Positions 9,585 to 20,111 of a DNA stretch of 64,000 bases are shown in pieces. The notes under the pieces are model-generated. The model saw only the letters and a list, made by a program, of their open reading frames with translations. It was not told the origin of the DNA and did not search any database. The position numbers and the translations under genes are program-made. How positions within the stretch are numbered: position 1 is the first letter of the stretch; each line of letters starts with the position of its first letter. Source of the stretch: a virus; the IMG/VR virus record IMGVR_UViG_3300030406_003150, positions 1 to 64,000 of that record. One strand, written 5' to 3'.

Positions 9585-12005
9585 TTAGTTTAGGGCTAAG
9601 TCTGAAGACAAAGGTAATAAACCAGCGTTTGACAGTATGTTGTAGTTTTGGCCTGACTCGACCTTTACGATAGCTTGCATAAGCAGTTTCAGCGGCACCT
9701 GATTGGCTGGAGTCGATGGAGAGATCTCTGGATACCCCATGGATTTAGCGAAGTCAGCTATTGATCTAGCATAAGCTGATGGATCGTTTTCTATGAAAGG
9801 TGCATAAACAGATATGATGTCATACATTGTTACTTCGTCTGGAGTTTTCGCACCAGACGGAAGAGTACCAGCAGCTATCTTCTTGCCAACCTCACCCCTT
9901 CCTTCTCTTTTAATCTTGAGATCTTTTTCAAGGGCGTCTAATCCTTCCTGCGGGGTATCGAATACTCGGAAAGGAGAGTTGTCTTTAGGGTTTATGTATA
10001 CGGGTCCATCATAACCTTCAAAAGGTCTCAAATTGCCAGGATTGTTAGTGAGGATAGCTACACCACCACCTGCATCATAAGCAGCTCTTTGCTCTTCAGT
10101 AAGCCTAGCCCTCAACTCATCTCTAGTGGGCTCATTAGATGGTCTAGAAACCTCATCCTGTGCCTGCATATCTGCCATGCCAGGAGACATACCCTCTGGG
10201 TTCAACAAGTACCTAATTGTGTCTTCTGCGGCTTGCCTTATAATATCTCTCTGACGACTTTCAGCCGTCTGATAATCCCCAGGAGTTAAGAAATCCACGA
10301 CGCTCGCAACACCACTTCTAATCCCTCTGCCCAAAGCTCCTAGGGCTCCCTGACTTGGATTTACCTCTGGTTCCCTGTAGCCTAAATCTCTCAACCTCTG
10401 TTCAAAGTAAGGGCTGTTACGAACCTCTTCAGGAAGGTCATCTATATTCAATGAGCTGGCATCTGAAAGATACCCAAATCCTTGGTCTTGTGAGCGATTT
10501 TCAGGAAGAAATGCAGCTAGCTCTTCTCTTCGCTGAGCCTCTTGTTGCTCTACCCGCTCAGTCTCTCTTCTCTCTTCTTGATCCCTTTGATCAGCCTCTT
10601 GTTGCGGCCTTGCTTTAGCAGCTTCAAATCTTTGCTTTATCCTGTTTCTTCTGGATGAGATTGCTGAAGCCTCTGATTGATTAATCATCTGAGAGTATAG
10701 ATCAGAGCCTACATAATTCAATAAGGAAGCGTGCAAGCCAGGATCGCTAGAGGCACTAATTTTTCTAACCGATCTTGTTACCTCTTCTGGGTAATCAAAA
10801 CCTGGAATTTCTTCCTCTCCCTCTGGGATAACAGGAGATAATGTCTCTATCTCGATATAGAAATTACCGAGTTGATCTACATTCAAAGCTGTTATTTGCT
10901 CTTCTTCTAGGAGTTCAGTAGTGAAATCGTCGGTGATAGGTTCGGTTAAGTTCAGCAAAGCATTAAAACCAGTGTTCTCCACATTGTTTTCTAAACCCTG
11001 CCCCTCAAGGGCTAACAGCAGGTTGCCCGCCTCGTCACCAACAGCAGCAGAAATATCCTCAGCGGTAGTTAGTTCTGTCTGACCCTCTATAAAATCAGGG
11101 CTTCCTTGGCCCGTAACGCCACCGCTAAATATTTCTTCGGCCCTACTTACAACTACCTCCCCAAATCTGTCTTGCCAGGCCTTTCCTGCGTCTGCCACGT
11201 AAGCATCAATAGCTCTTTGAACAAGCTCTGGTTGTCGCATAAGCTCATCTAAATCCATTTGAGCCCTAGATTCGTCTTCAGCTTTTATAGCCGCCAAATA
11301 CAAGTTAGCGATTCTGCGTTGCATTTTTGGGTCAGACATTATCTGTCTTCTGGTCCAATTCATCGCTGCATCAGCGCTAATGTGGTCATCCTTAAAGGCC
11401 TCTGACTTAGAGTCGTAGTACTCGTAGCCACTGAGTATGGACAGATTGTCTACTAACTGAGGCATAAATGGATTGTCCACCCTGCCCCTGTCGCTGAGCA
11501 TGGGGATACCCTGCTCGTTGTACTGAAGTTGTCTAGACTGATCTAGAGATCTATATGCATCTTCGTAAGACTGCCTGGTTCTGCTGTCAATAAAATCCCC
11601 GTATGGATTTTCTCCAGATTGCTCTCTTAAAATGCGACCCTGAAAAGTACCTGCCTGAGCCCCACCAGAAGCAGTACCAAAGTTTTGTGTTTTGTATGCC
11701 TCTGAGCTATCGATAAAAGAAGAAAGCTGGTTTGCCATTTGAGCAAACTGTATCATACCCTCCGAGCTTCTAGTAAAGTCATCTATATTATCAGTAAGCC
11801 ATTGGGCATACTGTTGAGCCTCAGAGTAGTCGCCACCAAACATGGTGGACTGATCAGCTACTTCTACGAGCTGAGCCAGCTTGAAGGCGTTAGCCTCTCT
11901 TTCTTTTTTTTTAGTTTGTACTAAAGCCTGCTCTTCTCTAAAACCTTTAAAGAAATCTGGGACAGTAGTATCGCCTATGTTATAACTAAAAGGATTATCG
12001 CTCAT
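9585..12005 (-). CDS. Internal virion/ejection protein with C-terminal lysozyme-like domain
   Basis: C-terminal NNPGNL...F.TP.EG...YAP..END...AIVKVESG signature of phage virion lysozyme-like domains. Confidence 0.6.
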   Translation of the reverse strand: MSDNPFSYNIGDTTVPDFFKGFREEQALVQTKKKEREANAFKLAQLVEVADQSTMFGGDYSEAQQYAQWLTDNIDDFTRSSEGMIQFAQMANQLSSFIDSSEAYKTQNFGTASGGAQAGTFQGRILREQSGENPYGDFIDSRTRQSYEDAYRSLDQSRQLQYNEQGIPMLSDRGRVDNPFMPQLVDNLSILSGYEYYDSKSEAFKDDHISADAAMNWTRRQIMSDPKMQRRIANLYLAAIKAEDESRAQMDLDELMRQPELVQRAIDAYVADAGKAWQDRFGEVVVSRAEEIFSGGVTGQGSPDFIEGQTELTTAEDISAAVGDEAGNLLLALEGQGLENNVENTGFNALLNLTEPITDDFTTELLEEEQITALNVDQLGNFYIEIETLSPVIPEGEEEIPGFDYPEEVTRSVRKISASSDPGLHASLLNYVGSDLYSQMINQSEASAISSRRNRIKQRFEAAKARPQQEADQRDQEERRETERVEQQEAQRREELAAFLPENRSQDQGFGYLSDASSLNIDDLPEEVRNSPYFEQRLRDLGYREPEVNPSQGALGALGRGIRSGVASVVDFLTPGDYQTAESRQRDIIRQAAEDTIRYLLNPEGMSPGMADMQAQDEVSRPSNEPTRDELRARLTEEQRAAYDAGGGVAILTNNPGNLRPFEGYDGPVYINPKDNSPFRVFDTPQEGLDALEKDLKIKREGRGEVGKKIAAGTLPSGAKTPDEVTMYDIISVYAPFIENDPSAYARSIADFAKSMGYPEISPSTPANQVPLKLLMQAIVKVESGQNYNILSNAGLLPLSSDLALN

Positions 12006-13005
12006 TTCTCTCCCTCATTGCGAACTCACGCATAAGCTTGCGGAAGTACGGTGATTCTTTTGCGGTCTTCTTCTGCTGCTCTGGGTTGAGCACAGCTTCA
12101 CCTCCAGTCATCTCTCCAATCTTTGCTCCGTCTTGCATAATATCGATAGGGTTGGACTTGTGAGAGAACTCACCTGGAGTCATCATACCTCCTCTTTTAA
12201 GCCCATACATCCCACCTCCAGACCCAGAGCCAAAGGTTGGTGTAGGTAGACCAGTAACCTGAGTCCCCATATTTAACATATCGTCAGACATTACAGGGTT
12301 TGGGTTGATTTGATTAGGGTCAATTTGAATGCCTGGCTCTGCCCTAAAGTCTGCCCCAGTTAGCTGCGGTGCACCAGCAGTTTTGAACGCCTCAGCAATA
12401 TCGCCTGCACTACCTAAAAGACCACCAGCAAGGTCTGCGATACCTGCAATCCTCTGAGCCTTCAAAGCCCTGTTTCTTGCGTCTGCGCCTCTTAGTGCCT
12501 GGAACTCAGCAGCTGTAAGCTGTTGCTGGAGAGCAACGTTCTTGTCCTGCACCGCTTGCTCTTGAGCACCAAAAGCAGCCAAAGCGTCTTGCAATCTTTT
12601 CTGACTGCTAGCCTCAATTCCCATCCTGGTTTGGGCTGCCTGTCTATTTACAGCGCCAAGACCGCCGAGCAAAGCTTTTGCTCCGCCAGATTTTAAAGCG
12701 CCTATATTAGAAGCCTCTTGTTCCGCAGCGATCTGTCTTTGTAAATCAGCAGCTGGATCTTGCCTGGCTAAATTTAGATATTCTTTAAAGGCACTCCCCA
12801 CAGAAAACTGAGGCAAGTCTTTTCCTAACTTATCGAATTGGCTCTTAACCCTGCTCTTGTCTACTTGCGCGGCTTTGTTTGCTGCCCTGCCGCCAATAAA
12901 TTTAGCAAGCTGCGGACCAAGTATGGTTATTAAACTGATAGGGTCTACAGCCAAAGAAAGGCCTGGGTAATCGAAGAAGAATATTTCTTTTATAAAATCA
13001 ATCAT
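11995..13005 (-). CDS. Small internal virion/ejection protein, copy A
   Basis: Ala/Gln/Gly-rich helical protein; C-terminal GEFSH...EMTGGEAVLNPEQ shared with 60083-61042. Confidence 0.6.
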   Translation of the reverse strand: MIDFIKEIFFFDYPGLSLAVDPISLITILGPQLAKFIGGRAANKAAQVDKSRVKSQFDKLGKDLPQFSVGSAFKEYLNLARQDPAADLQRQIAAEQEASNIGALKSGGAKALLGGLGAVNRQAAQTRMGIEASSQKRLQDALAAFGAQEQAVQDKNVALQQQLTAAEFQALRGADARNRALKAQRIAGIADLAGGLLGSAGDIAEAFKTAGAPQLTGADFRAEPGIQIDPNQINPNPVMSDDMLNMGTQVTGLPTPTFGSGSGGGMYGLKRGGMMTPGEFSHKSNPIDIMQDGAKIGEMTGGEAVLNPEQQKKTAKESPYFRKLMREFAMRERNER

Positions 13006-13012
13006 GTTCTTG

Positions 13013-13020
13013 CAAATATA
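13013..13020 (-). promoter_or_regulatory. Bacteroidota -7 promoter box TATATTTG, 7 nt before ATG 13005
   Basis: Matches TAnnTTTG in a short intergenic gap; equivalent site at 61049-61056. Confidence 0.6.
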
Positions 13021-13021
13021 G

Positions 13022-16000
13022 TTATTCTCGGCCTAACGGGTGATGACGTTTAGAATCGCTAACGTGAGTGTTAATGCAGTATAGCTCTTGCACCGACGAA
13101 GAAGAAGAGCTAGAAGGCAGAGTCAACTTGATTGTAGAGAAGTTCCCCCTGATGACATCTTCTGTTGTTTTGGACTGAGTTTCGGTTATCCTTACAAAAC
13201 AGTTTCCAGCTATTCCAACTACAGGAGAGTCTAAGACCACCGTAAACCCATTCGCTCCAGCAGAAAAAGAAGCTACGCTTATAGATTTTTCAGCGCTTGT
13301 AGCGTCTACAAACAGGGTGAGAGATCCATCAAACAAGAACGGAAGTCTGTCTATTCTGGCGTTGGTGACCAAGAACGTTTGGTTATCACCAGACGGATTA
13401 GTAAAGTTCCCCACGTACACGTCCCTCTTGTTGGTACCGTAGTTCCCCGAAGAGCCATTGTGTCTCGGCATTGAGGCATAGTAGTTGCCTTCTTTTTCAG
13501 TCCAAGAAGTTATTGGTCCAGCCGTTTGACCAAGGTTTGTGGTTATGTCAGACGTGCCAGACACCTCCCAGTTGCCATCGCTGCCCTCATATGATATAGC
13601 ATTGAATACTTTAACGTTAGATGGCGACAGCTTAGAAACTACTTTTACTATAGATGGCTGTGCCGACTCGCCATGAAAAGTATTGTACGCAGACGTGTTA
13701 TCGTGTTTGTAGAATATAGTATCATCATCTGAGGTAACCGCTTTATATTTAGCGGTGTACAGCATATTGTTTTGATTACTATACAGGTCAGGAAGAAAGC
13801 TATACCTGCTTTGCCAAACACCTCTAGCGGCATCATAACCGACTGTGCTTTCGCTGCTACCCCTTCTTGTTAGATAGTATACGCTGTCCCTGGGATCATA
13901 CCCGCTCACGTACTTCGTGGCTCCACTAGCAAAAAACGTCTCAAAGAAAGAAGACATGTTTTTTTCTGAGATAGGCACGAGCTGACCACCAGTCAGAGAT
14001 AAAACAGATTGACGTGACTCGTCAACGAAGTATACATTATTGTCTTGTATGATAACAGCTTCTGGGTGCCCGCTACTTCCATAGTCCCCAGATGAATACC
14101 TATGTTGTTCCAGCACGTCTGTAGAGACTGCTACATTTGCACTTCCGCTAGCAAACTCAATTATATTTTTGTTTACTGGAATAAGCGCAAGCTTATTCTC
14201 TTGGAGGGCAACTATATCTTCGTTATAGTTACCTATATAATCAATCGCTCCAAACTTAGCATCTAAAGATGAAAAATTCGAAAGCGAAGGATTAAACGAA
14301 GAGAAAGATAGGTTTGAAACATCCTCTACATAAGCATCACTATACGTCAAACCATTTAGCCTGACTATTTCCTTAGACTTTTTAAATGGAACATGAGCTC
14401 TTCCCTGGCTCCAGATCCTTGAGTTAAACCTATCAGAAAGGGTGTTGCTTTCTATAAACAGAGTTTGATATCCGTAAGAGTCATAGAAATCTCTAGCCTC
14501 CCAAGCAGAAAACGTGCTTGAGGTTGCAGTTTCAAGATCAGTTTCTATATCGTTGTCAAGAACTTGAACTCCTCCTCCTGGGCTAGAGCCAGCATGCAGG
14601 GCAGTCTTACAGGCTACTGGCCTCAGCCAAGAATCGCCATTCGTCACAGTAATAGAAGCCCCATGCTGATTGACGCTACCTGATTTTCTAGCCCCGCATC
14701 TGTCGCCATGGCCTATCTCGTAGTACACCTTTTCAGAAGTAGTTTTCTTAGGGGTGTATATCTCAACAAGGGTTTCTTTGCCCCAGTGATTAATAGCGTT
14801 AGTTCCAATAGTAGTGTTCGATCCAGTAGTCAAATCAAAACCGCTTACATCTCCCCAGTCAAACCCAGTATATCTTACGGCAGTGCCACTACTGTTTGTT
14901 TCTCCACCGTTAATTCTTGAAGCCTCAAGGACCAAAAAGCTGCCAGTGTATTTATCGTCAGCAGCGCTACCACTTTCCCTCACTATTTGAATTGGAGTGG
15001 TAGTATCGGTTGGGGATGTGCCTTTGGAAAGAGTAACCACATCGACAACTTCAAACTCAATCTGAGAATTATCATTAGCCTCTGGGTACAAAGTTGACGA
15101 ATTGTCGTCTGCTCTACGGCTGATAAGTCTTAGCCTGTCGCCTTTAGTAAATGAATAATTTCTAGATACGTTTTTCTCTTCCCTGTAGCTTTCCAAAGTG
15201 GTTAAAGAAACATACAGCCTTTTGTTCTGTACGTCTGTACGGTGTTTTGGAGTACTAGCGCCATCATCTAACTCCAAAGTAGCCACATAAGCTGGTCCAG
15301 TAGTATACTGAACGTAATCGTCTATACTGTCTGGGCCTGCATAAACGATCTGATATCTTTCTGCCCAGCTAGGGGGGTTGTGGTTAAAGGTTATCTTTAC
15401 TGATGCTGGTCCAAAGTCCGACAAACTAGAATTACTTCTTTCATTTACTGTCTTTACATAGCAAGACCCTAGCTCATTAACAAAACCAGATCTATTAAAC
15501 TCATCATAGTAAACTATGCCAAAGCTGTGCGTGCTGCCTGATTTAAAAGTAGGTTTAGCTTGGATTGCGTTTGCAGAAGCAGATTGTGCGCTCACAAAAG
15601 TTGAACCTACGGTATAACCGAGAGTCCCCGTGTCGCTTTCAGCGCCAAGAATATCAGCCTCTTGCTCGTGGCTCATATTAAAAGACAAGGTATAAGAAGA
15701 AAACCCACTGCTTATAGCGTCTACACTAAATACAGCGCTAGATTTTTCTACCTGAATAAGCTTGGGGTTGATTCTAAATCCTGATACCCCAGTGGCTGGT
15801 GTAAGAGTTGTAGTATTGCCGAAATCAAAAGTAGCATTTACATTTCCGTCTAGATCCAAACCAGTCCAAGAAGAAAAATTTGGGCTGAGCGAGCTGTCAA
15901 CACCGCTGTCCACAGTAAACTGCTCGTCGGTTATTGTATACAGATAATCAATGGTTTTGCCATTCATAAGTTCTTCAAGAGCAGCCCCTATATCTTCTAT

Positions 16001-17581
16001 GTCTTGGTCTTGGGGAACTATATAGGTAATTGAAATGCCGTCTTGATCCGAAGAACTTTGATGAACGAGAGACACGCTATCGCTAGACTTCAACACTATC
16101 CCAGGGTCTACAATATTAAGAGATGGACTAGTATTATGATTAGCTATCATAGTTCCCTCTACTCTAAAGACGCCTCCACCTGTAGTTCCAGCGTCAACCA
16201 CTATGTTTTTGCCAGGACCTCCCCAGTTGAAACTAAGTTTTATGATCGTGCCAGCGGGGACAATCGTGTCCTTGTCTGCCTGTGTTGATCCGCTTTCTAA
16301 ACCGTCAAATGCAGTCCCTCCAAGAAGATTTATATCTATAGAAGGCGTGGTGGATGTTGACTGAGTTATAACACTTGTGGCCTGACCAGAGGCTATAAAC
16401 TGCTCATCCTTGTCGGTAAGTGGAGAATACTGAACTGTAAGGGTTACGTCAGTAACCACATTGTCGAAACCCTCTTTGTAATTAGAGTACACGACTCTAT
16501 TTCCAGCTATAGCCTGTCCCTTTGCGGTCAGAGGAACGTTGTCATATAATTTGTTTACCGTCTGAGTAGGGACAGTTTCCCCTAGAGTGTTGTTGTAAAA
16601 TCTGTAGGTTTCTGTGGTCGGACTGTAAACCGTAACTGAATTACCAGCTATGTGCCTAGTTACAGTTGTTGTTGGGTCAAACTGATCAACGACAAAGAAT
16701 GATCCAGTATTTCCTATCCTAGCCAACAGCCTAACTTCTTTCAGGTCTGGAAGAGTAGGATCTAGTTGGATGTTTACTAAACATACGTTATCAATAAATG
16801 GGTTGGTTGCAAAACCACTTGTCTCCATGGTGTTCAAAAACAAAACCTTGGAAACAGCTATTTCAGAGTATGGAGAGATCGCAGATTCTTCGCCGTCTTG
16901 AAAGATGTTTTGAGTAGCAAACTGAAAAGTGTCCTCGTTAAAGTTGTTCTGGAGAACGTTTGTATCTGATTCAAAAGAAACAAGAGGGAACTTATTATTT
17001 GCTGCTTTGATAGCAGATATGTGCTCTACAAAATTAGAACCTGTAAACTGATCATAATCGCCAGCTATAGCTCTATCTACGTTAATCTTTCTAGGACCAT
17101 TCTGGTTGTCTGTTACGCTGCTAGATCCACCTCCGTCAGTAAAATAAAGAATGGTGTTTATACTACCGTCTAGGTTTATATTGACAACATCTGCCTTTAT
17201 AAAACCGTTGGGATCAAAGTTTAAATTGCTGCTTTCAAGTATGGTCCTATAGGAGTTAGCCGCTAGGGTTCCGTTAGTAGTAGACTTTGTATTATACTGA
17301 TATATCGTATCGCCAGTTCCAGAAGAGCTAACAGCAAAGTAGTATATAAAACCTCTTTGAGGGTCGGACACCTGACCAATAACCACCTTACTGTTAAAAA
17401 TCTGTGAGTCAGAAACAGCAGTAGCGGCTGTCGTTCCCTTGACATTTTTGATTACACCCTCGGTACCATCTCCATCCTCAGATATGGAGACGTTGAGGGC
17501 GTCCGTCATGGCGCCCTCTTTCAACAAACGCTCATCCTCATCACTGACAAGGAAGCGTGGTATGATCTTATCAATAGGCAT
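13022..17581 (-). CDS. Tail stabilisation/nozzle protein (P22 gp10 / T7 gp12-like), copy A
   Basis: N-terminal DEDERLL..G...DALN, GIVYYDEFNRSG, SSFNPSLSNF, GYDP, WQSRYSF; follows ring-protein genes. Confidence 0.75.
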   Translation of the reverse strand: MPIDKIIPRFLVSDEDERLLKEGAMTDALNVSISEDGDGTEGVIKNVKGTTAATAVSDSQIFNSKVVIGQVSDPQRGFIYYFAVSSSGTGDTIYQYNTKSTTNGTLAANSYRTILESSNLNFDPNGFIKADVVNINLDGSINTILYFTDGGGSSSVTDNQNGPRKINVDRAIAGDYDQFTGSNFVEHISAIKAANNKFPLVSFESDTNVLQNNFNEDTFQFATQNIFQDGEESAISPYSEIAVSKVLFLNTMETSGFATNPFIDNVCLVNIQLDPTLPDLKEVRLLARIGNTGSFFVVDQFDPTTTVTRHIAGNSVTVYSPTTETYRFYNNTLGETVPTQTVNKLYDNVPLTAKGQAIAGNRVVYSNYKEGFDNVVTDVTLTVQYSPLTDKDEQFIASGQATSVITQSTSTTPSIDINLLGGTAFDGLESGSTQADKDTIVPAGTIIKLSFNWGGPGKNIVVDAGTTGGGVFRVEGTMIANHNTSPSLNIVDPGIVLKSSDSVSLVHQSSSDQDGISITYIVPQDQDIEDIGAALEELMNGKTIDYLYTITDEQFTVDSGVDSSLSPNFSSWTGLDLDGNVNATFDFGNTTTLTPATGVSGFRINPKLIQVEKSSAVFSVDAISSGFSSYTLSFNMSHEQEADILGAESDTGTLGYTVGSTFVSAQSASANAIQAKPTFKSGSTHSFGIVYYDEFNRSGFVNELGSCYVKTVNERSNSSLSDFGPASVKITFNHNPPSWAERYQIVYAGPDSIDDYVQYTTGPAYVATLELDDGASTPKHRTDVQNKRLYVSLTTLESYREEKNVSRNYSFTKGDRLRLISRRADDNSSTLYPEANDNSQIEFEVVDVVTLSKGTSPTDTTTPIQIVRESGSAADDKYTGSFLVLEASRINGGETNSSGTAVRYTGFDWGDVSGFDLTTGSNTTIGTNAINHWGKETLVEIYTPKKTTSEKVYYEIGHGDRCGARKSGSVNQHGASITVTNGDSWLRPVACKTALHAGSSPGGGVQVLDNDIETDLETATSSTFSAWEARDFYDSYGYQTLFIESNTLSDRFNSRIWSQGRAHVPFKKSKEIVRLNGLTYSDAYVEDVSNLSFSSFNPSLSNFSSLDAKFGAIDYIGNYNEDIVALQENKLALIPVNKNIIEFASGSANVAVSTDVLEQHRYSSGDYGSSGHPEAVIIQDNNVYFVDESRQSVLSLTGGQLVPISEKNMSSFFETFFASGATKYVSGYDPRDSVYYLTRRGSSESTVGYDAARGVWQSRYSFLPDLYSNQNNMLYTAKYKAVTSDDDTIFYKHDNTSAYNTFHGESAQPSIVKVVSKLSPSNVKVFNAISYEGSDGNWEVSGTSDITTNLGQTAGPITSWTEKEGNYYASMPRHNGSSGNYGTNKRDVYVGNFTNPSGDNQTFLVTNARIDRLPFLFDGSLTLFVDATSAEKSISVASFSAGANGFTVVLDSPVVGIAGNCFVRITETQSKTTEDVIRGNFSTIKLTLPSSSSSSSVQELYCINTHVSDSKRHHPLGRE

Positions 17582-18423
17582 TAGAACTTAGGTGCTTGCT
17601 TGTAGTTCTTCCTAATCGTCCTCAAGGCGTCCTCCTTAGTGAACGACTTAATTCTGGAGTTGGCTTTTCTCCTCTCGTTATAGTATTCCTGTCTAGCTCT
17701 CTGCTTCTCTCCCATAGGCACAGAGGCTTTACGCTCAATAATCTTGTAGTACATATACGCCATAAGAGCCTCTTCTGCGTATACATTGACAGAAGGGTTT
17801 TTAGACCTGGCCTCATCAGCTACATACTCTATAACTACCTCGGACACGTTAGAAGCTGTGTCTATCTCAATTCTGTTTTGGTCCAGATTCACCCTGAACT
17901 GACCGTTTCTGTGTCCCCCTCCGATCCCGTACAGAGCATTAGCCGCTCCATAAACATAGTTTCTAAAGATGAAAGAGTTAAATCCTTGGGAGAGACTATC
18001 AGAATTCGATGACGATCCAGACGTAGCGGACTTAGAATCAATTCGATCGTTCACGCCGTCGCCGTCTGAGTCAGCCGCTGAAGCTGCATTGTCTACAGCC
18101 GTTCCAGTAGCATCAGCGTAAGACTGAGAGTAGTTTATATTTTTGTTTTCGCCCAATACATAGATGATGCCATCGGTACCCACAGAGCCTATCTTGCTCC
18201 AGTCTACATAATCATCAGGCAACTCGACGGTATTGTTGGTAGAGTCAACCTTCAGCTTAAGTGACTTTATTTTTTTAGATACATCAAAACCAAGCTCACG
18301 AATACCTCTAAGCGCGTGAGTTCTAATCTGTGTGTCAGAAGCATTGCCAGCGTAGTCATCATCAGCAATAGTGATGATGAAGTCGTTGATGATTTGATTT
18401 AGTGGTACTGTATTTCTAGCCAT
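17581..18423 (-). CDS. Tail ring/adaptor (tubular) protein
   Basis: LPDDYVDWSKIG and IEYVAD motifs; synteny between capsid and stabilisation genes. Confidence 0.65.
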   Translation of the reverse strand: MARNTVPLNQIINDFIITIADDDYAGNASDTQIRTHALRGIRELGFDVSKKIKSLKLKVDSTNNTVELPDDYVDWSKIGSVGTDGIIYVLGENKNINYSQSYADATGTAVDNAASAADSDGDGVNDRIDSKSATSGSSSNSDSLSQGFNSFIFRNYVYGAANALYGIGGGHRNGQFRVNLDQNRIEIDTASNVSEVVIEYVADEARSKNPSVNVYAEEALMAYMYYKIIERKASVPMGEKQRARQEYYNERRKANSRIKSFTKEDALRTIRKNYKQAPKF

Positions 18424-19157
18424 TAGAATGTCTCTGCTTGTTTCCTACTAGTCACCTCTGAGTTAGCGTAGGCAACCACGTCTGCGTCTCTTAAGTTGAT
18501 TCCAATCATCTTTGCTATCTCATAGATAAGATCAGCTGTGTAATGCTCTGGCAGTTCAAAATCTATCAACGTGCCAGAAGGGGCAAACTTGGGTTGACTA
18601 GAATTCCTTTCTCCGTCAGATGTATTTCTTCCTTGAGGGATTTTATAGTAACGAACTTCAATCTTAGTTACAGAAGTAGGGAATACATGAATGTCGTCTG
18701 ACACAAGCGCTATAGGAAAATCATCTGTAGGTGCGCTAAGGGTGCTGATTAGGATGCGCTCAATTTTTTCTTCGTCGTAACAAATCTCGATTGGCTTCTT
18801 AGTAGACTGGTCCAACAAGATACTTCCAGCCGTAGATATGCTTATGATTCTAGACAGGTCAGTAGGCTTGTCAAATACCCCACTGCTTTTAGATACCGTT
18901 TGCTTCTTTGAAAAAGAAGATAAATCCTCTTGTATTCTTTTGATTCTTGACTTATCCCTGTTGGGGTTAAAGCCAGCGCGAGACAGCCTCTTGGCATCCT
19001 TTAGTTCGTCAAAGAGACCGTTGTATATATTAAGTTGAGCTATCTGAGCGAACTTATTAAACTCAAGATCAGATACAAAGCCCTGCTGATCTTTGTTGGC
19101 TAAATCCAACAAGGTATCGTGTACGATTTGTATACTAGCTCCGTTTGCTTGTGCCAT
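18423..19157 (-). CDS. Tail ring/adaptor (tubular) protein
   Basis: LANKDQQGFVS..EFN.FAQ.AQ N-terminus, Y.K.P, DFELPE; synteny. Confidence 0.65.
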   Translation of the reverse strand: MAQANGASIQIVHDTLLDLANKDQQGFVSDLEFNKFAQIAQLNIYNGLFDELKDAKRLSRAGFNPNRDKSRIKRIQEDLSSFSKKQTVSKSSGVFDKPTDLSRIISISTAGSILLDQSTKKPIEICYDEEKIERILISTLSAPTDDFPIALVSDDIHVFPTSVTKIEVRYYKIPQGRNTSDGERNSSQPKFAPSGTLIDFELPEHYTADLIYEIAKMIGINLRDADVVAYANSEVTSRKQAETF

Positions 19158-19161
19158 GCAA

Positions 19162-19169
19162 CAAATATA
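19162..19169 (-). promoter_or_regulatory. -7 box TATATTTG, 4 nt before ATG 19157
   Basis: TAnnTTTG; identical context GTATATTTGTTGCATGG also precedes 37622. Confidence 0.65.
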
Positions 19170-19171
19170 CG

Positions 19172-19200
19172 AAAAAGAAAAAGCCCCCTTGCGGGGGCTC
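19172..19200 (-). terminator. Intrinsic terminator
   Basis: AGCCCCC-GCAA-GGGGGCT hairpin followed by TTTTCTTTTT on the minus strand. Confidence 0.85.
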
Positions 19201-19222
19201 TTCTAGCACTGAGGCGCAGATA

Positions 19223-20032
19223 TTAGGATAGCTGTCTTTCGATTTCAGCGACGACAGGAGCCGCCGCATCTGTCAAGCAGTATCTAACAAAAACATCAAC
19301 TGGGTCTTGACCAGCAGGCACCGATACGATGAGGCTGTTGGTATCAAACCACTTAACGGCATTGTCATCTGCCTTAATTAACTGATAGTTGATAGCCTGA
19401 CGAACCATAGACTTCATAGATACCACTGGGTTGTCGAATGATTCAATAAACTGTTGAGGGGACTTCTTTGCTTTGATTAGCAAGTCGTGCTTTATTTCTG
19501 CTGCTGGTCTGTCTATATCCATACCGTAAGCTAAAGCTACAGAGCATAGCTGGTCTATGTCTTTGCTTCTAAGCAAGCTAATCGCGTCGTTAATCAAGAA
19601 CTCAGAATCAACATCGATCTCTGCTTTCTTCACTTTGTCAACAAGCTCAAACAGGGAACCTCCGTTCGCCTTATTATCTGGGTGTATGCGTAAATACTCT
19701 TTCAGGTTGGGTTGAGACTTATTTACAAACAGCCTCCCCATGTTGAATATGATGGGGGTTTTTACAGATCTGTCTGATTGCTCGTCCCTCCATATAGAGT
19801 TTTCATTTTCGCAGTAACGAATCTCTCTGACCTTACCGACCTCTTCGTCATAAATCGTAATGCCACTTTGCATCAGCATCATAACGGCTCCAGCGTTGTA
19901 CGCTACGAACTCTTGTATTCCGCTATACTTTTGATTCTCATTGCGCTTAACAGGCTTTCTCTTAGCCTGTTGCTTGGCTGCTGGTGCAGCTTTTTTTGGT
20001 CGCCCTGGAGGGCGCTTGGTTGTTTGATTCAT
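19223..20032 (-). CDS. Phage protein downstream of capsid gene, function unknown
   Basis: 269-aa ORF with basic N-terminus and A-rich leader. Confidence 0.6.
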   Translation of the reverse strand: MNQTTKRPPGRPKKAAPAAKQQAKRKPVKRNENQKYSGIQEFVAYNAGAVMMLMQSGITIYDEEVGKVREIRYCENENSIWRDEQSDRSVKTPIIFNMGRLFVNKSQPNLKEYLRIHPDNKANGGSLFELVDKVKKAEIDVDSEFLINDAISLLRSKDIDQLCSVALAYGMDIDRPAAEIKHDLLIKAKKSPQQFIESFDNPVVSMKSMVRQAINYQLIKADDNAVKWFDTNSLIVSVPAGQDPVDVFVRYCLTDAAAPVVAEIERQLS

Positions 20033-20067
20033 AATGATATTGAATTAAATGTTTTTACAAGAGTAGT

Positions 20068-20096
20068 AAAAGAGAGGAGAGCTATTCTCTCCTCTC
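20068..20096 (-). terminator. Intrinsic terminator
   Basis: 10-bp GAGAGGAGAG/CTCTCCTCTC stem followed by TTTT. Confidence 0.7.
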
Positions 20097-20111
20097 AGTT
20101 ACCGATTTAGA

